Shown here in pieces: positions 1 to 13,740 of a DNA stretch of 64,000 bases; position 1 is the stretch's first letter; every line of letters begins with the position of its first letter. The notes beneath the pieces are model-generated. The model did not search any database. It was not told the origin of the DNA and saw nothing but the letters and a program-made list of their open reading frames with translations. The position numbers and the translations under genes were made by a program. The stretch is from Octopus bimaculoides (Eukaryota), in NCBI RefSeq assembly GCF_001194135.2, contig NC_068987.1, positions 28,226,135 to 28,290,134 of the forward strand. Reading direction: 5' to 3'.

Positions 1-656
1 CAGGGTTTAAGATAATCCCAAAATTTAGTTTAATATCAACTGTATTGAACCAATAATTCATATTCACTCACAAATAACTTTCGATTTCTATGTCTGAATG
101 ATATGAGCTTTAGTCTGCTATAGAGTAAGACCAAGGCATACGTTCATTACACGAGTTAGCTTCTCTGTTTTTAGGCTTATACTTTCTATTCATATAGTTT
201 TCTCACTAGTTCTCTGAAATCGGTTAAAATCCTTTTATTCTGAATACGTCGAACTAGCTACTAAACAGAAAACAGTTCCTGATTAAACAACGAACTAGTT
301 CTTCCGTGCTGTGAATGGATTTCGATCATTTGGAACTCATTTTAATAGAATTGTATACCGTTTATCTTACGAATAATGAACTGCATTATATTCAGAGAGG
401 AGCTCAGTCATTTAGACCTTAACAATTTGGAACGATCATCAACGTTCTGCGCCTTGTTCTTCTACTTTGTTCAACTTATAAAGATAGAAGATACTCGTCA
501 TACATCGAGTATCTTTTTAAATCTCAGTTCACGTGATTTTAGCTCAATTCATAGCACTGTCCTATATATTTGAAAAATACCTTACTGTATAACTCGACAG
601 AAAAAAAAAATTAATCATTTGTATTCAGAGAACAGTAACGATACACATTGTATGCA

Positions 657-703
<47 letters not shown>

Positions 704-2677
704 ATAATTATTATTATTATTATTATTATTAATAATATTATCGTTGTTGTTGTTCTTCTTCTTATTGTTATTAAATTAGGCAGCGATTTAGCAATGTATC
801 ACCCCCCCCTCCAAAAAATATTATAATTGACATTAAACATGACTGAGGTTGTTAGAACACCTACAATGCTAGGAATAAGAGCTAAAGCGTTATATGCATG
901 TATATATAATATAAATTGAATGACTATATTTAAGATTATATATTTGCAGAATTTCAAAAGCAATTTCAGTGATGTATTTACGATAGGTAATATGCATATC
1001 GCAGAGGTAAAAGTGTTTTCAAGAAAGAGGTGTCGTTCGCCTTTCGTAAAATCCGAATCCAACTTTATCGACAAGCTGGCAGCGTAGACTACCATTCCTT
1101 TCCAGGTGTAACTTCCAACTTGTTTTATAGCGAAGCTATATTTCTATAGTGAGCTCTGCCCATTTCTAAGCTTAAAGTCAGCAAGACCTCAAGTCACGGA
1201 AATACTCAGCATATCCACAGTACTGCAAGCCTTTAGCATTAGCATTGAATTGTACCATTCGTCAGACATAATTAACACCTTGTAGACTCGGCTGAGTTAT
1301 AACAAATATCTTGGTCATAGATACGATAGAGAATTAGTAACTGGTTACTAAAAAATGATGTATATGATGCCAATCTGATACGTCATTTCGATCAATGCCA
1401 CGCCGAATAAGAATATAACTAAGGAAAGATTAGTGAGAAAATTAATTCAAACATTTCGACATCAGATTACTGAAACCGCTACTACTTCCGTAGGAGGTCT
1501 TGCTTTACTGTAAGAAATCTTCGGTTTACATGACGGTTTGGAAATAACTGACATTACAGCGATGTAAGTCTATTTCTTAATGTTGAGGAATAATTAATCG
1601 CAACTGAAAATTACTTTAGGAAAAATCCTTTATCCCTGATAATGCGATGATATGCCAATTCAGACAAATATCCAACAATACCACGGCCTTTCTCTTTATA
1701 TGCTAGAACATCATGAGTTCAAACTAGTACATCCCACAGTTGTATATAATATAGCTTTTGAGAAAAGTTTGTTTGTTTACTCTTCCAAGATTCACTTGTT
1801 AGTAAACATAGCAATACCGGTGGGCTCTACTGCCATATAACTATTGGCGATTCTTCAGTAGCATCAATACAGCTAATGATATAAAGATTAAACTTATGGT
1901 TCTTCGGTGGTTTTATCTTGTCTTTGAAGATTTTCAGTCTTTTTATGTTCCTTCAATTGAAGAAATCACTTTATGAACTTCTTAGTTATATCCTTTAAAC
2001 GTTTGAAATATTTGGTTTCTATTCTAATTATTTTTGGTTAAAATATCATTTGCTAAAAAATCTCGTAATACAATTATAATCCCTTTGAAGTAATTCTGTT
2101 AAAATATAATGCTTTTTTTATGCCATCCAGATGGAGAGTTTCCACTGCCTACTTATAACAATTACAGAAAACGATCAAGAATTATGGGAGGTACATTTTA
2201 TTATTGGTTTTATATGGGGATGTTTTAATATATTTTTATCTTCGTATTGATATATAGTTTTCTTTTTCTACTGAATTCTCATTTGAATATACGTCACTTT
2301 GGTCTTTTCATTTATTCTGGTTCTTGTAAATAAATCAGTTGTGCTATAGCCTAAATAATACTGTAGACCTGCCACAACTCATGTATAATCCTCATTGTAA
2401 AGAACGTTCCATCCTTCTAAATACTGTGCCTTTGTATGTCATTTATTCAGTTATTCAGCCTCACCATTGTCAATGACTTTTAAGCTTCGACATGTATGCA
2501 TTTATTTGAGACCATTTCAGGCCGTTTATTATTTTGAGGATACAACGCTGTATCTATATGGCCAAGCTCTGTCATTTCTTAATGAGAACAAAGAATAATG
2601 TCAGCTTCTGTAATATTACACACACACAAATATATATCTGTTTCTTTATGTATACGTAGTACACACACACAGGGGAG

Positions 2678-2708
<31 letters not shown>

Positions 2709-3047
2709 TGTGTGTGTGTGTGTGTGTGTGTTTTCATGACACTCATCTCTCCATTACCCAGTCTATCAATCAAGTTCAAAGTATCTGCTTGCATGAATGT
2801 ATTTCAGATCATGTACAGTAACATTATGATCCAAATTATTATTCTGAAGTAGGTGGTTTTCTTCAGCTAAAGAACATATGTAACCTCAATCCTCATTCAA
2901 TATGTTTTTAGTAAATTGTTTACTTGCTTGTTAGTTTACTCGGATTATTTCATAGAATGTTGCTGGTTCCTAATATTTTATAATAATTAACCACTAGAAG
3001 CAAATGACTAATAAACATTTCTATTTTTCCGATTTCTCTATACGTTT

Positions 3048-3500
3048 GTGATAATGTTTAATTCATAAGTGGAAGGAAATGAAAGATATTCGTANNNNNN
3101 NNNNNNNNNNNNNNNNNNTATCAATCAGTAAATATAACTCTTCTTCGGCTATATTACAGGGTTTCAATTTCAATAGTCTTTGAGTGTTTTGTAAACGTTG
3201 CTTACTATATTATTAATTTCGTGGCCTATTGTACCAGATGTATTATGCTATCAGAGGTTTTGTAGTTATACGTGATAATGTTTAATTCATTTGAGGAAAA
3301 AATGAGAATATAAATTATTTGGCTAACATCCATTTATGCAAATACATAACTGTAAATATAATTCTTCTATCTGGTCTATTTGGCAATGCTTTTAATTTCA
3401 AGTATTATGGGTGTGCTTTGTAATTGTGCATTATTATACTATTAATTCCATAGCCTTGTTTCTTCTGATATCTGCTGTCAGAGAAGTTTTCATAGATTTC
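3048..3500. repeat. Diverged ~224-bp tandem duplication (about 2 units)
   Basis: GTGATAATGTTTAATTCAT occurs at 3048 and 3272. TAAATATAAyTCTTCT occurs at 3129 and 3353. Both offsets are 224 bp, and the sequence after 3129 and 3353 aligns by eye at roughly 70%. Confidence 0.7.
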
Positions 3501-5519
3501 TCTGCAAAAGTTGCTAATCTATGGTTATAGGGTGGAATGTTAATACTTCTTTTCATTAATTTTAGTTCCATTATTATGATATTTGTATCAATATTTTGTC
3601 CTGAAAATGTTTGATGTTATAACACTTTGTGTAAATTATTGCGAACTAAAAATACATCAGAATTGGTCGGACAATTTATCTGCTCAACAGGTGGTTGAAA
3701 AAAATTCATACATTCTCTTACACATTCTCTTTATGTAAATGGCATTAACTTTGGAATGTCTAAGCATCAGAAAACAAACTAAAACACTACGAAGACCTCA
3801 GAGAATTGTGTTTTTTTCTTGTTTTCTCTTTTTTGGATGAAGTTAATATGAAATTGCTATTATGAAATTATCTACTGATACGGTAATTACTATCACAGAC
3901 AACATTTTGGAGCATACAGCTACTATTTGAGCATACAATGGGAAGAATTATCTTACTACTAACACCAATGCAACTGCACAATTATTAGTATTTTGCGTAT
4001 GTTTGTTATACATTGATCATTCACGACAGCGTACGAATGTTTTATAGGGAAGTAATTCGCAAGCAAAGTGAAATTTTGTAGAATTTCACAGGTTAAAATA
4101 TCATATTGATTCACAGAATAACAACCCTCATACCTGAAGAACAATTCTGAGAGGTAAATACAAAGAACATGTCGCAATTCAGAATGTATAAATTGAACTG
4201 AGATTCTTTGTATCTCTTCCAGATTATTGCGTAACTCAACATTTATTTCTTTAATGTTCCCAAAATGCAAATGCTTATCCTAGTAGTAGTCGAATATGAC
4301 CATCAGAATCTCTTAGATTTTCTTGAATCAGAAGGTTCTTTAAGATTCTTCCGTAGGACGAATTTCTTTTCATTTTAGTTTAACAGCTTAGTTAGGAAGA
4401 AAGAGCGCGACCTAAATATTGTGTTTCTTGAAAACGTTCCATGCGTTGTAGTTATTTAATCGTAGGTCTATCTTGACCAAGTGTTTAGGTAACTCGTTAA
4501 ACGACTTTGCGCATTTTTAAGATGCGTTAGTTCAGATATATCATGCCTCTGTACATTTGAATACCATACCATACACTTCTACATGATGCTATTGTAAAAT
4601 CACAATGATCAGATATAGTGAAAAGCCACCCAAATATATCTACAGCGTACTCTTTTAAACATAGTATATCTAAGATTTCACTATGCTGCGTATTATTGAT
4701 AAAAATTTGGTTGTTAATTTCAGGCTGCTTTGTGAGCCTGAAAAGGATTTTGTTGGCTCATACAATTTCATTGAATATATTTTCCTACATATTCCTTAAA
4801 GTTTTCTTAGACTTATATATTTATTCTAAGCTATCAACATTTTTTCAAGGTTATTAGCATCACGCCGCAAACTTTATAGGAATTAGCAGGCAAAAAGATG
4901 ATGAAAAATTTTTAAAAACTTAAACATTATATACTTTATGGCTTCCTTTTAAGGAATAAATAGAGTATGAGAACAATGTTTTGGGCATTTGTACTTGGAC
5001 AGGAAAGAAAGGAGAAAAGAGAAAAATTACAATTGAGTAAACATAAAAGGTGTGTTTTCGCTGATAGCGCACATCACAGGAAAAAAAGGGATGAACGAAA
5101 GGGAGGTAAGTATTGACAGATGCGAGAAAGGGATTATGAAATACGTGAGGTGTGAACGAATAGGAATGTAGGTATAGTTTATTGTTTGTATGTTTATGCG
5201 TGCATAGTGATTGTAGTATGTATGACTGCGAAGCATTATTTTTTCTTACGGCATCAATAATGTTTTTGCCCCTCGTATTGCTGGTACTGTAGTTTCAGAA
5301 TGTGTAGGGTATAGGAGCATGCCTGTAAAGGACGGAAGTCGATGTAAACTAAGTAGGAACATACGAGAGACGGTGATTTGCGAGTAGGTATTGTGTGTGC
5401 GTTGCGTATGTATCTACTGTGTGCGTATATGACTAATGATAATTTACTGACGGCATGTATATGTGTGAGTCGCTAAAGAAAAGTTACACTATTATTAATA
5501 ATATGTTTCTCTGTGGCAC

Positions 5520-5755
5520 GAAGACAGACAATAGGCCTCTGTTTGCTTTGTAGCCATCACTATCCTAATCACACATCTTTTCAGAAAACGCTTGCAACAC
5601 ATTTCTTGCCTCAAACCCATGGATACTAAGTCTCTGTGGATATTAAATCAGTTCTTTGCACACCGGTCACCATTGTCTCAAGTACTCCTTCACCTGTTGC
5701 CCCACTTTGATGGTCTGCACTTTCACTTGGCTCGCCTAGTCAAGGAATGAGTGAG
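5520..5755 (-). mobile_element. Degenerate RTE-type LINE 3' fragment
   Basis: Minus-strand translation gives GNR*R...IHRDLVSMGLRQEMCCKRFLKRCVI, resembling the RTE C-terminus (GxRxRGRP..W...IxxDL..GL..EM..DR..WR). Stops are present. Confidence 0.45.
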
Positions 5756-5759
5756 AAGC

Positions 5760-7012
5760 GATTGCTAAAAAGAGAGGTGGAGATGGTGTGGTGGTGGGAG
5801 TGAAAATGAAAATATCTAGAAAGTTCATAGATGTGCTTGACATGGCGGAGATAAGGTAACAATGACTTTTAAGGAGAATGGTGTAAAGTGGCGGTGAGCG
5901 TGATTATTGTTCTTGACGGGAAAAAGAAAATGATGAAACCAAGGAAGACAGGGGTTAGATAGGGCACTCAGAGATGAGTTTCACGGTACAGTTTCACAGT
6001 AGCATTATCGCGGGGAGTGCTGCTATGTGTGTAGCTTTCGGTTGGAGAGTAGTGTGTGTGGACTATTAGTGGGGAAAAAGTTCAGAGTGGTTGTTTTAGA
6101 GTATGTTGTGGGCAGGAATTCTTCGTAGTGGAGTTAAGTCGGTATGTTATTTACGAGAGAAAAGAGAGTTGAAATGTTACCGAAACATTTTAATTTGGAG
6201 AGTTCAAACTTCTATTGTTGGGCTTAAACATCAAATCTGTTCCTATACTGGAGGTAGCGAAGTGTAAAGTTCGAAACGGGATCCTCTGAGGTGAGCAGTT
6301 GAACCTGGTTTTTACAGAAACTGTACTGTTTAATTAAATAAAAGGGAACTAGTCAAGGGATTTGAATTGATTTGGGTCAGGTTTATAATTGTGTGAACAT
6401 CAAGTAGGTTAGTCAAAGCAGTTTGAATTGTAGATTACAGGTAAATTTTTGTCAGTGTCCCAAATTGCTCATGATATGAAACACATCGCTAGATGGAGTA
6501 CAGCCGTGAATCGGAGGCCGCCCTACTATTTTTGATATTAACTGCTAGCACTTGAAATAATTCCAATCTCTGCAAGATAATGGGGAAATCGTAGCACATT
6601 ATAAACGCTACCTTCTGCAAATTACTCTATGATTTGAGCCATTTTCTTTCACAGGTATATTTAGTAGAAGAAATTATTTTATATATGATTAAATTTCATT
6701 CCTTATTTTGAGTTAATCTGATTCTCGAGAGGCATAATTTACAGTTTATTACCAGCAAATCAAGACTAGATGATGGAATGAAGGACAAAAAATGCTTGCT
6801 ATATCATATATCACTGGAAAATACATATCTAAAATGTGACGGATGGACGTCAAAGGTTTATTGTTTCGATAGAAAATTCTCAGTCAAAAACTGAAATTCT
6901 TTATATGGGTTGATATGAGTAGCATTTGCGGTTGAATGAAACATGATCGGTATATTCGCATTGGTAGATGTTTTAGCAATTTCACTTCATGGAGTCATGA
7001 GAGTTTGGCATA
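5760..7012 (-). mobile_element. LINE 3' portion (second, tandem copy of the CR1/L2/Jockey-type element to its right)
   Basis: 6295-6360 is homologous to 7225-7290, and 6890-7012 is near-identical to 7669-7791. A C-terminal remnant FFFPSRT resembles the SFFPRT motif. Heavily decayed. Confidence 0.55.
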
Positions 7013-7791
7013 TTCTTTTCTACTTTGCTTGAGTTGAATATACTGTATTTTCTCAATTTCTTACTTAGTTTTAGTTTTGGTTTATATTTCTTAAATATAT
7101 TTTCCTTATTTAATCAGTATTGGACTGAAGTGTTCTTGATACATTCATATAAAGGGAAAATAGTTTTACCAAATTTATTCTAGGCAAGGGTCCGCTTTTG
7201 CGCAGTAGAGAAGAGTTGGTCACCAGCTGAATCTAGTTTTTACAGACCCTGTACTGTTTAGTCAAATAAAAAGGAATAAAGGGCAACGGGATTGTTGCAG
7301 TTGGAATGCTTTTGGACCGGGATAGAAAAAAACTACAATATCCCAGTTGCAGTTCAGTATTAGCATCAACAACAACAGCTGGTCATGCTATAAAATGTGA
7401 TTGATTTCTAACTTACAAACAGGCCAGAAATATGTTAGTTTATTGTCGTGGTGAAATTGTCATGCAGAAACGGCGTTAGAAATGTATTTTGAGATGATTG
7501 ACTTCAGCTTGTTCTAAAAAGGAGGCGGTATTCTACTTACTCCTTGGAACTTCTTGCTTTGCAATACATAATTCTATCCGGTAAAACTATTGATCCTGCC
7601 GTTTCCCATATTTGATACTAGAAACAGGCAGTATAGTATAGATTGTTCTCTGCGATCAAAATACTTTCACTGGAATTCTTTATATGGGTTGATATGAGTA
7701 GCATTTGCGGTTGAATGAAACATGATCGGTATATTCGCATTGGTAGATGTTTTCGCAATTTCACTTCATGGAGTCATGAGAGTTTGGCATA
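6890..7791. repeat. 123-bp near-identical direct repeat (6890-7012 and 7669-7791)
   Basis: The two blocks are 779 bp apart with 2 mismatches by direct reading. Confidence 0.95.
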
Positions 7792-8760
7792 GAGTCACTT
7801 GATTGCCAATAGATAATGTATCATTGAGAAATATCTGGAGGAATAATGTGTAGTGTCATCTGCGTAAGACTGGAAGTGCTGGATATGGTAGTTAATATTT
7901 TATGTATAAAAGGAAGAGAGAGACCAAAGTATATCCTTGGTCACGCCGACGTTATTAGAATGATTGACAAAGATCTCTCAGTTGTGCAATTTGATAGGAA
8001 GCTACCGATCTTAATGATGACAGAAGTGGAGCTCATAAGGGTGGGGCTGTTTAGATAGAAAATTCGCGTACCAGACACAGATGAAAGCTTTACTGGTATT
8101 GAGGTGACATCATTGCTTTTGCCAAAATTTCTCCGAAGCAAGAGCTACTTTTAGTGCCAGAAAAAAGTTGGTCTCTATCTGGGTATGTACTCAGGGTTAT
8201 TAAAGAGAGGAAGAAATAGTAAGATTAAAACTGTTCAGTGGCACCATTGTTAATAACTGTTTCTTTATCTAAGAGGTACTGGAAGTGATTCGATAATATG
8301 GCAATTCTTGGCAGGATAAAGGCGATTAGTTGTTTTAGGAATTGCACGCGCTGTGACGTATTTTCAAAAAGTAGGTTTCATCTCTATGCCTAGGAAGAGA
8401 CTGAAGATTTTGGTATGCTATCTCTGGCAAGAAATTTTTGAGCGTAATGGCTAGGACTGGAATAGCTTTGTTAATTTGAAGTAATTGAACTTACTTTATA
8501 CTTGGTATATTTGTATGGAAGTTGGTGAAAAATGAAGGATAGAAAAGGGGTGAAATTGCGTATTTTACAAATATAAAATTTGGCTGCAACGCCAGCAGCG
8601 AAAGTAGAGACTTCTTCTGCGATACTACTGCTCAAAGAAAATTCATTGGAGAGATTAGTGAGATAACTCAATAGAGAAAAGTACTGGAATGGGAATGATT
8701 TTCGGTATAAATTTACCAGAGCGCCAGTCGTGGTATACTAGTTTGCTCGCAAATAAAACC
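7013..8760 (-). mobile_element. Decayed non-LTR retrotransposon (CR1/L2/Jockey-like) reverse transcriptase region
   Basis: RT motifs appear in the correct order on the minus strand across frameshifts: IPVLAITLKNFLPE, AIPK...ETVINN, SKAFICVWY (~8068-8095), IGSFLSN, GVxQGYTLVSLFLLYI (~7915-7947), SYADDTT (YADD at 7855-7866), then LLFR...LEINHI. Confidence 0.88.
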
Positions 8761-9959
8761 AAGCAATTAACAACTTCTCTCTATAAAAACAAACATCTTC
8801 AGGTTTGGATCATTTAGATATATGTATTAAAGACAATTATTAAATATTTAAAAAAAAAAACAACTCTAAAAAAGTGGTTTTAGTTGTTATTGCGTCGTTT
8901 CTTAAAAATTACAGGAAAATTTGCCAAAGCTTACACTTTTCAAATAAGTCAAACATAATTCTGTATTGTTCATTTCCGGAAAGGAAAATATGAAAGTTAA
9001 TCGGAGACAGAAAACTTCATTTCTGAATAAATGTTTATTTCTGTGATTGAAATAGATTCAACAGTTTTATCTTTCCTCTTTTATTCTTGAGACAATTGAA
9101 GCACTTGATAAGTTTTTTCTATGATTATTATTCCAATGAAAGGTGGCTGAAAGTGGTTAAACAAGCGTAGCTAACAGGGACCACAATAATAATAATAAGG
9201 ATTTACACTGGCGCCAAAGGTTGGACGGAGACACTTTAATTTAGTGTGTCAGCGTAACATGGGATAGTGCGTGTAAAGTTAACCAAAATAAACTAGTTCA
9301 GGGATCATAAATTATTGTTCCATAGAATTTTTTCTTCTTATTATTAATAATATCAATGCGCCAATTTGTTTTTTGTACATACCTGACGCGTGTGTCACGC
9401 TTAAGAGAAAGAAATTGTTGAAAAAAATGTGTACTTAAATAAAATCTTTTACCTAGATTTTTTATAATTTCTGGAAGTGATTTGAAAATACCACTTATGT
9501 GTTGTATTAGTACTTCTGAACACCTAGGCCTACTAGTCCACCGAAGCAGCAACGATGTTTATGGGAAAATTAAGATACTTAAATTTAACGCGTGTATCGA
9601 GCAAGGGAGAGAGGAAGTGAGAAGGAGAGAGAGTGAGAGTTAGTGGCTGAATTCCTTTGAATTCCTTTCTACTATTGAACTGAAATTGACCCCTGGCTAT
9701 TAAAGACACAACCACACACACATTTGTTCTAGGTCTTCTACCCATCTGAATTCGGTCATACACAAGATAGCACGTTAAGTCTTATCTTCCTAAATTTAAA
9801 TTTAGAATTTTGTTTTAATTTATAAAATTACACCTCATCTAAAAAACATCTTTTGACTTTCGAATGCACCTTTTCTTTTTCTTTCTATATTTGTGTTAAG
9901 TTAAAATTTCTGTTTTGGTCAGGATTCTTCCAATTTCTACATACACACATACATATATT

Positions 9960-9992
<33 letters not shown>

Positions 9993-10677
9993 NNNNNNNN
10001 NNNNNNNNNNNNNNNNNNNNNNNNNNNNNNNNNNNNNNNNNNNNNNNNNNNNNNNNNNNNNNNNNNNNNNNNNNNNNNNNNNNNNNNNNNNNNNNNNNNN
10101 NNNNNNNNNNNNNNNNNNNNNNNNNNNNNNNNNNNNNNNNNNNNNNNNNNNNNNNNNNNNNNNNNNNNNNNNNNNNNNNNNNNNNNNNNNNNNNNNNNNN
10201 NNNNNNNNNNNNNNNNNNNNNNNNNNNNNNNNNNNNNNNNNNNNNNNNNNNNNNNNNNNNNNNNNNNNNNNNNNNNNNNNNNNNNNNNNNNNNNNNNNNN
10301 NNNNNNNNNNNNNNNNNNNNNNNNNNNNNNNNNNNNNNNNNNNNNNNNNNNNNNNNNNNNNNNNNNNNNNNNNNNNNNNNNNNNNNNNNNNNNNNNNNNN
10401 NNNNNNNNNNNNNNNNNNNNNNNNNNNNNNNNNNNNNNNNNNNNNNNNNNNNNNNNNNNNNNNNNNNNNNNNNNNNNNNNNNNNNNNNNNNNNNNNNNNN
10501 NNNNNNNNNNNNNNNNNNNNNNNNNNNNNNNNNNNNNNNNNNNNNNNNNNNNNNNNNNNNNNNNNNNNNNNNNNNNNNNNNNNNNNNNNNNNNNNNNNNN
10601 NNNNNNNNNNNNNNNNNNNNNNNNNNNNNNNNNNNNNNNNNNNNNNNNNNNNNNNNNNNNNNNNNNNNNNNNNNNNA
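9993..10677. other. Assembly gap flanked by (TA)n. Other gaps: 3095-3118, 19283-19467, 31000-31106, 31612-31621, 37808-38767, 39946-40320, 44786-44991, 54666-54708, 58562-58996, 61929-62181
   Basis: N runs read directly. The long X-containing ORFs in the track are artefacts of these gaps. Confidence 0.99.
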
Positions 10678-13519
10678 TATATATATATATATATAATCTA
10701 GCACATATTTATTGTATGACAGTATGGTCTTTTGTTGAATTAGATTTTATTTTTGCATTTCACAGTAGGAGTGTATACCAATATCTGTGGAAGCAATCGA
10801 ATATTTGACGTTATTGTAATATCTTCTCGCTGCCTATTTTTATGACCAGTAGTTGATAACAGATTATATCTTTAATTTTCAAAAACTGACTGGCTTCCAT
10901 ACACATTAACTTCGTCCGTGGTTTAATTTTTTACTTTATGTTCTCTCATGAACAGCAGTTTTTATACTCCGTGTTAACGTCTGATTCAGACATAATAATT
11001 TGAAACTAAGAATACGATATCTCAAATTGCAGGCTTCTTCAAGCATAGTTCACCTCTTATCTGGTGGAACATTTTGTACACTACCGAAGATGATTTCCTT
11101 ATACTTCGCTTGGTGCATCTAATTTTATATCTCAGATTTCTACACCAGAATGTCAAATCAGATAAGAACATTCTATGTTGGTTGTCGGCTAACTAGAAAT
11201 AACACCCCATATCCCGAAAAGAACACTCTTCATTGTTAAATAAAATAATGAGACAATAAATAACGTAATTCTAAATATCTTTAACAAACGTTTTTGGTTA
11301 TGATTAAGGTCGATCAGGTTTGAGTTTTATTCTAATCTATGTCAGTAATAATATCTTGAATGTGTCGAATTTTCGCTTCACTTAAAAGATTTCCATAATG
11401 TAAATCTATTCCTGTTTATTCCTAACATGGGGACGAAATCACGAATGTTTAAGGAAGAGCTATCTAAAAAGTTTAACGAAGTAGAAATGTTCGGGGTTTA
11501 CACTCTTGGTTGCCTTGCCTACATATAACATAGTTAAGACCTTAACATTTTTCTTTCTTGACCAAAATATAATGATAGTTTAGACATTGTTATTTTTTTT
11601 TAGATTACGATTTTCAACGTTACTGTGATAATTGCTCATGTTGAAAACATTGAAAATATTCAGCACTACAATTTTATTAGTTGAAATGAAATAAATGTTT
11701 GAGTGCCATGTAGTTTCCTAACTTTTATCCGATGATAAATGTATGTTCTCATACGAGGAAATATGACAGAATATTTGCACTATCAAAGCAATACCTTGCG
11801 ATTTCATTTAATTGTTACCAATTATGGAAATTCTTTATTTTTAATGAGTTAGTGTCATTTACTTAGTTATTCCGCTTTTGAAAAATATCATTTCCAGTTG
11901 AAACGTGTTACTTATCAATTCATATTGATATTTTAATTGTTTTCTATATATTATTAACATATTTTCAATCGACACTAATTTGAACAGCCTAGTTTAAAAC
12001 TGCCTGTTCTGCAACCAAATAATATCTCAAGTAAAATAATACAATTCTCATTGATTTAAATGACTGCATTATAAAACTGCAATGATTAATAAATGTCCCT
12101 GATATCCAGTGGGAAAACCCTTGAGAACTGGTTGGTTCCATGTATAAGGCGTGAGGTGAATGGAAAATAAATCTTCCATTTAAAGAATGCTAGTAAAGTG
12201 ACTAATATTCCCAGATGAGCATAGATCTTTCAACATCAGCTAAACAAACTGAAGCAATGTAAAATAAACTATGAAACATCAGTAGCAAATTTGATATAGC
12301 GAGCCAAAGGTGGATAATTTATCCATAAGGACATCTGCTATCAGGAGCATAAAATTGCAAACTATCTAAAACTGCTTTCAGACTCGCAACCGTACAACGT
12401 GATTCACACACATTCTTTTTTGCATATTTATAAAAATTGTTTTATAAAAATCTGTTCATAGCATTTGATGTTGCTACTGTATGATTTGGGAACTACTGAT
12501 CTGTACTAATTTTTATGTATGACGAAATTCTCAAGGTTATAGCCTTCTTGACTACATCCAACACAGTGCCATTCCCCCGGTGTTATAGTCGTTGAATATA
12601 TAGCATGAACGCATTAAATGTAACCTTACCTTAAAATATACCCGTTCACTTTAGTATATATGCCATTTGGCTCACATAATAAGAGATACTTAGGAAATTC
12701 ATATTTAAGGCCAATAAAACTTTTGAAGAACTGATGGATAAATAATAGAATTTGTTGTTTTCTGCAGATGCGATGCAACCTCTATTACTATTTCCTATAC
12801 TGTAACTGTCGCTACTGTTCTGTTTAACCTCACGCACTCCACGATCTAGAAGAGCTGAAGTCAAAAGCGTTCCAGCCACAACTATGCTATCTTATCTTTA
12901 GAGACGGTGCATCCAGAACTACAGTTTTCTATGTGTCTTCTCATTTTTAAGAGGATTCGATATATTTTGAGAGAAACTTAAATACTATTTCTAAAACTCA
13001 TGCTACAACAGAAATATTCTTACTGGCCCGTGCTGTTCGAACGTATACTCTTACTGAAATAAGACTTTCCACTTGGTTTCATTATAACACTTTATCTGCT
13101 CGTATAAATTGCGTCAATATATTTCAGTAAATTATTCACAGAAATTAAATAAATATTATACGCTAAAAAAAGAGCCGAGTTCAAATTATTGGATAATTAT
13201 GCATATTTATCCAAGTTATGAAATATTAGAAAGCTGTCATTTACGAGTAGACATAATGAAATCTGTGAAAATAAAATCACAACTACACTAGATCAAAATT
13301 GTGAACATAAATGTTTTACAAAAATATCGCATTAAGATAACTATTAAGTCCCCAAATCACCATTTATAGTTCCTTTCAAGAACTATCTCTCTGACATTAG
13401 GTGAAGCTGGCATGGGGGATGCTAATGTCAATATTTCTTATGTCCAGAATAATAAGAGTGATGACGCTTTCGTGTTCCTTGCTTTGCTTCGAGTTTACTG
13501 TATAACGATGATTCATGTA

Positions 13520-13740
13520 CTACAATATACACATGTACATAAACATATGCGCTCACACTCACACACACACACGACACGCACACACATATACACACAAACA
13601 CACACGCACGCATGCACGCATGAGCACACCCACGAGTGCACGCACACACACATATACACATATACATCAATGCACACACATATATACGTGTGTGTTTGTG
13701 TGCATTTCTGTGTGTATAAGTGTATGTGCTTGTGTAAGGA
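13520..13740. repeat. Degenerate alternating purine-pyrimidine (CA/TG/CG/TA) tract. Representative of many (e.g. 2650-2730, 16985-17145, 36800-36990, 50715-50820, 53150-53280, 54250-54830, 57010-57220, 62640-62960)
   Basis: Read directly. These tracts produce the HT/CV/YI-rich spurious ORFs. Confidence 0.9.

Noticed and set aside
145-310. Recurring ACGA(A/G)(C/T)TAG(C/T)T-like motif at roughly 45-50 bp spacing
   Set aside because: Sequence between the motifs does not align, so a tandem repeat cannot be supported.
800-2600. Possible decayed coding or LINE sequence on the minus strand
   Set aside because: No ordered motif series could be recovered in any frame.
3959-4270. 103-aa ORF as a gene
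   Set aside because: No recognisable domain or splice context; mentioned only as context for the 224-bp repeat.
5027-5236. ORF with YTYIPIRSH...IPFSHL, faintly like a Penelope RT thumb
   Set aside because: Too short and low-complexity, with no adjacent RT motifs.
5760-6120. Penelope-like RT reading (SSTSMNFLDIFI...SHSFLD)
   Set aside because: The region is continuous with sequence homologous to the adjacent CR1/L2-type LINE 3' part, and another frame gives an SFFPRT-like motif. No YIDD-type core was found.
7180-7300. GIY-YIG-like reading (FI*LNSTGSVKTRFS)
   Set aside because: Position and nucleotide pattern fit the post-RT region of the LINE better, and flanking GIY-YIG motifs are missing.
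12646-12879. 77-aa ORF with nearby splice-like signals
   Set aside because: No homology recognised, and no consistent acceptor/donor pair keeps a frame open.
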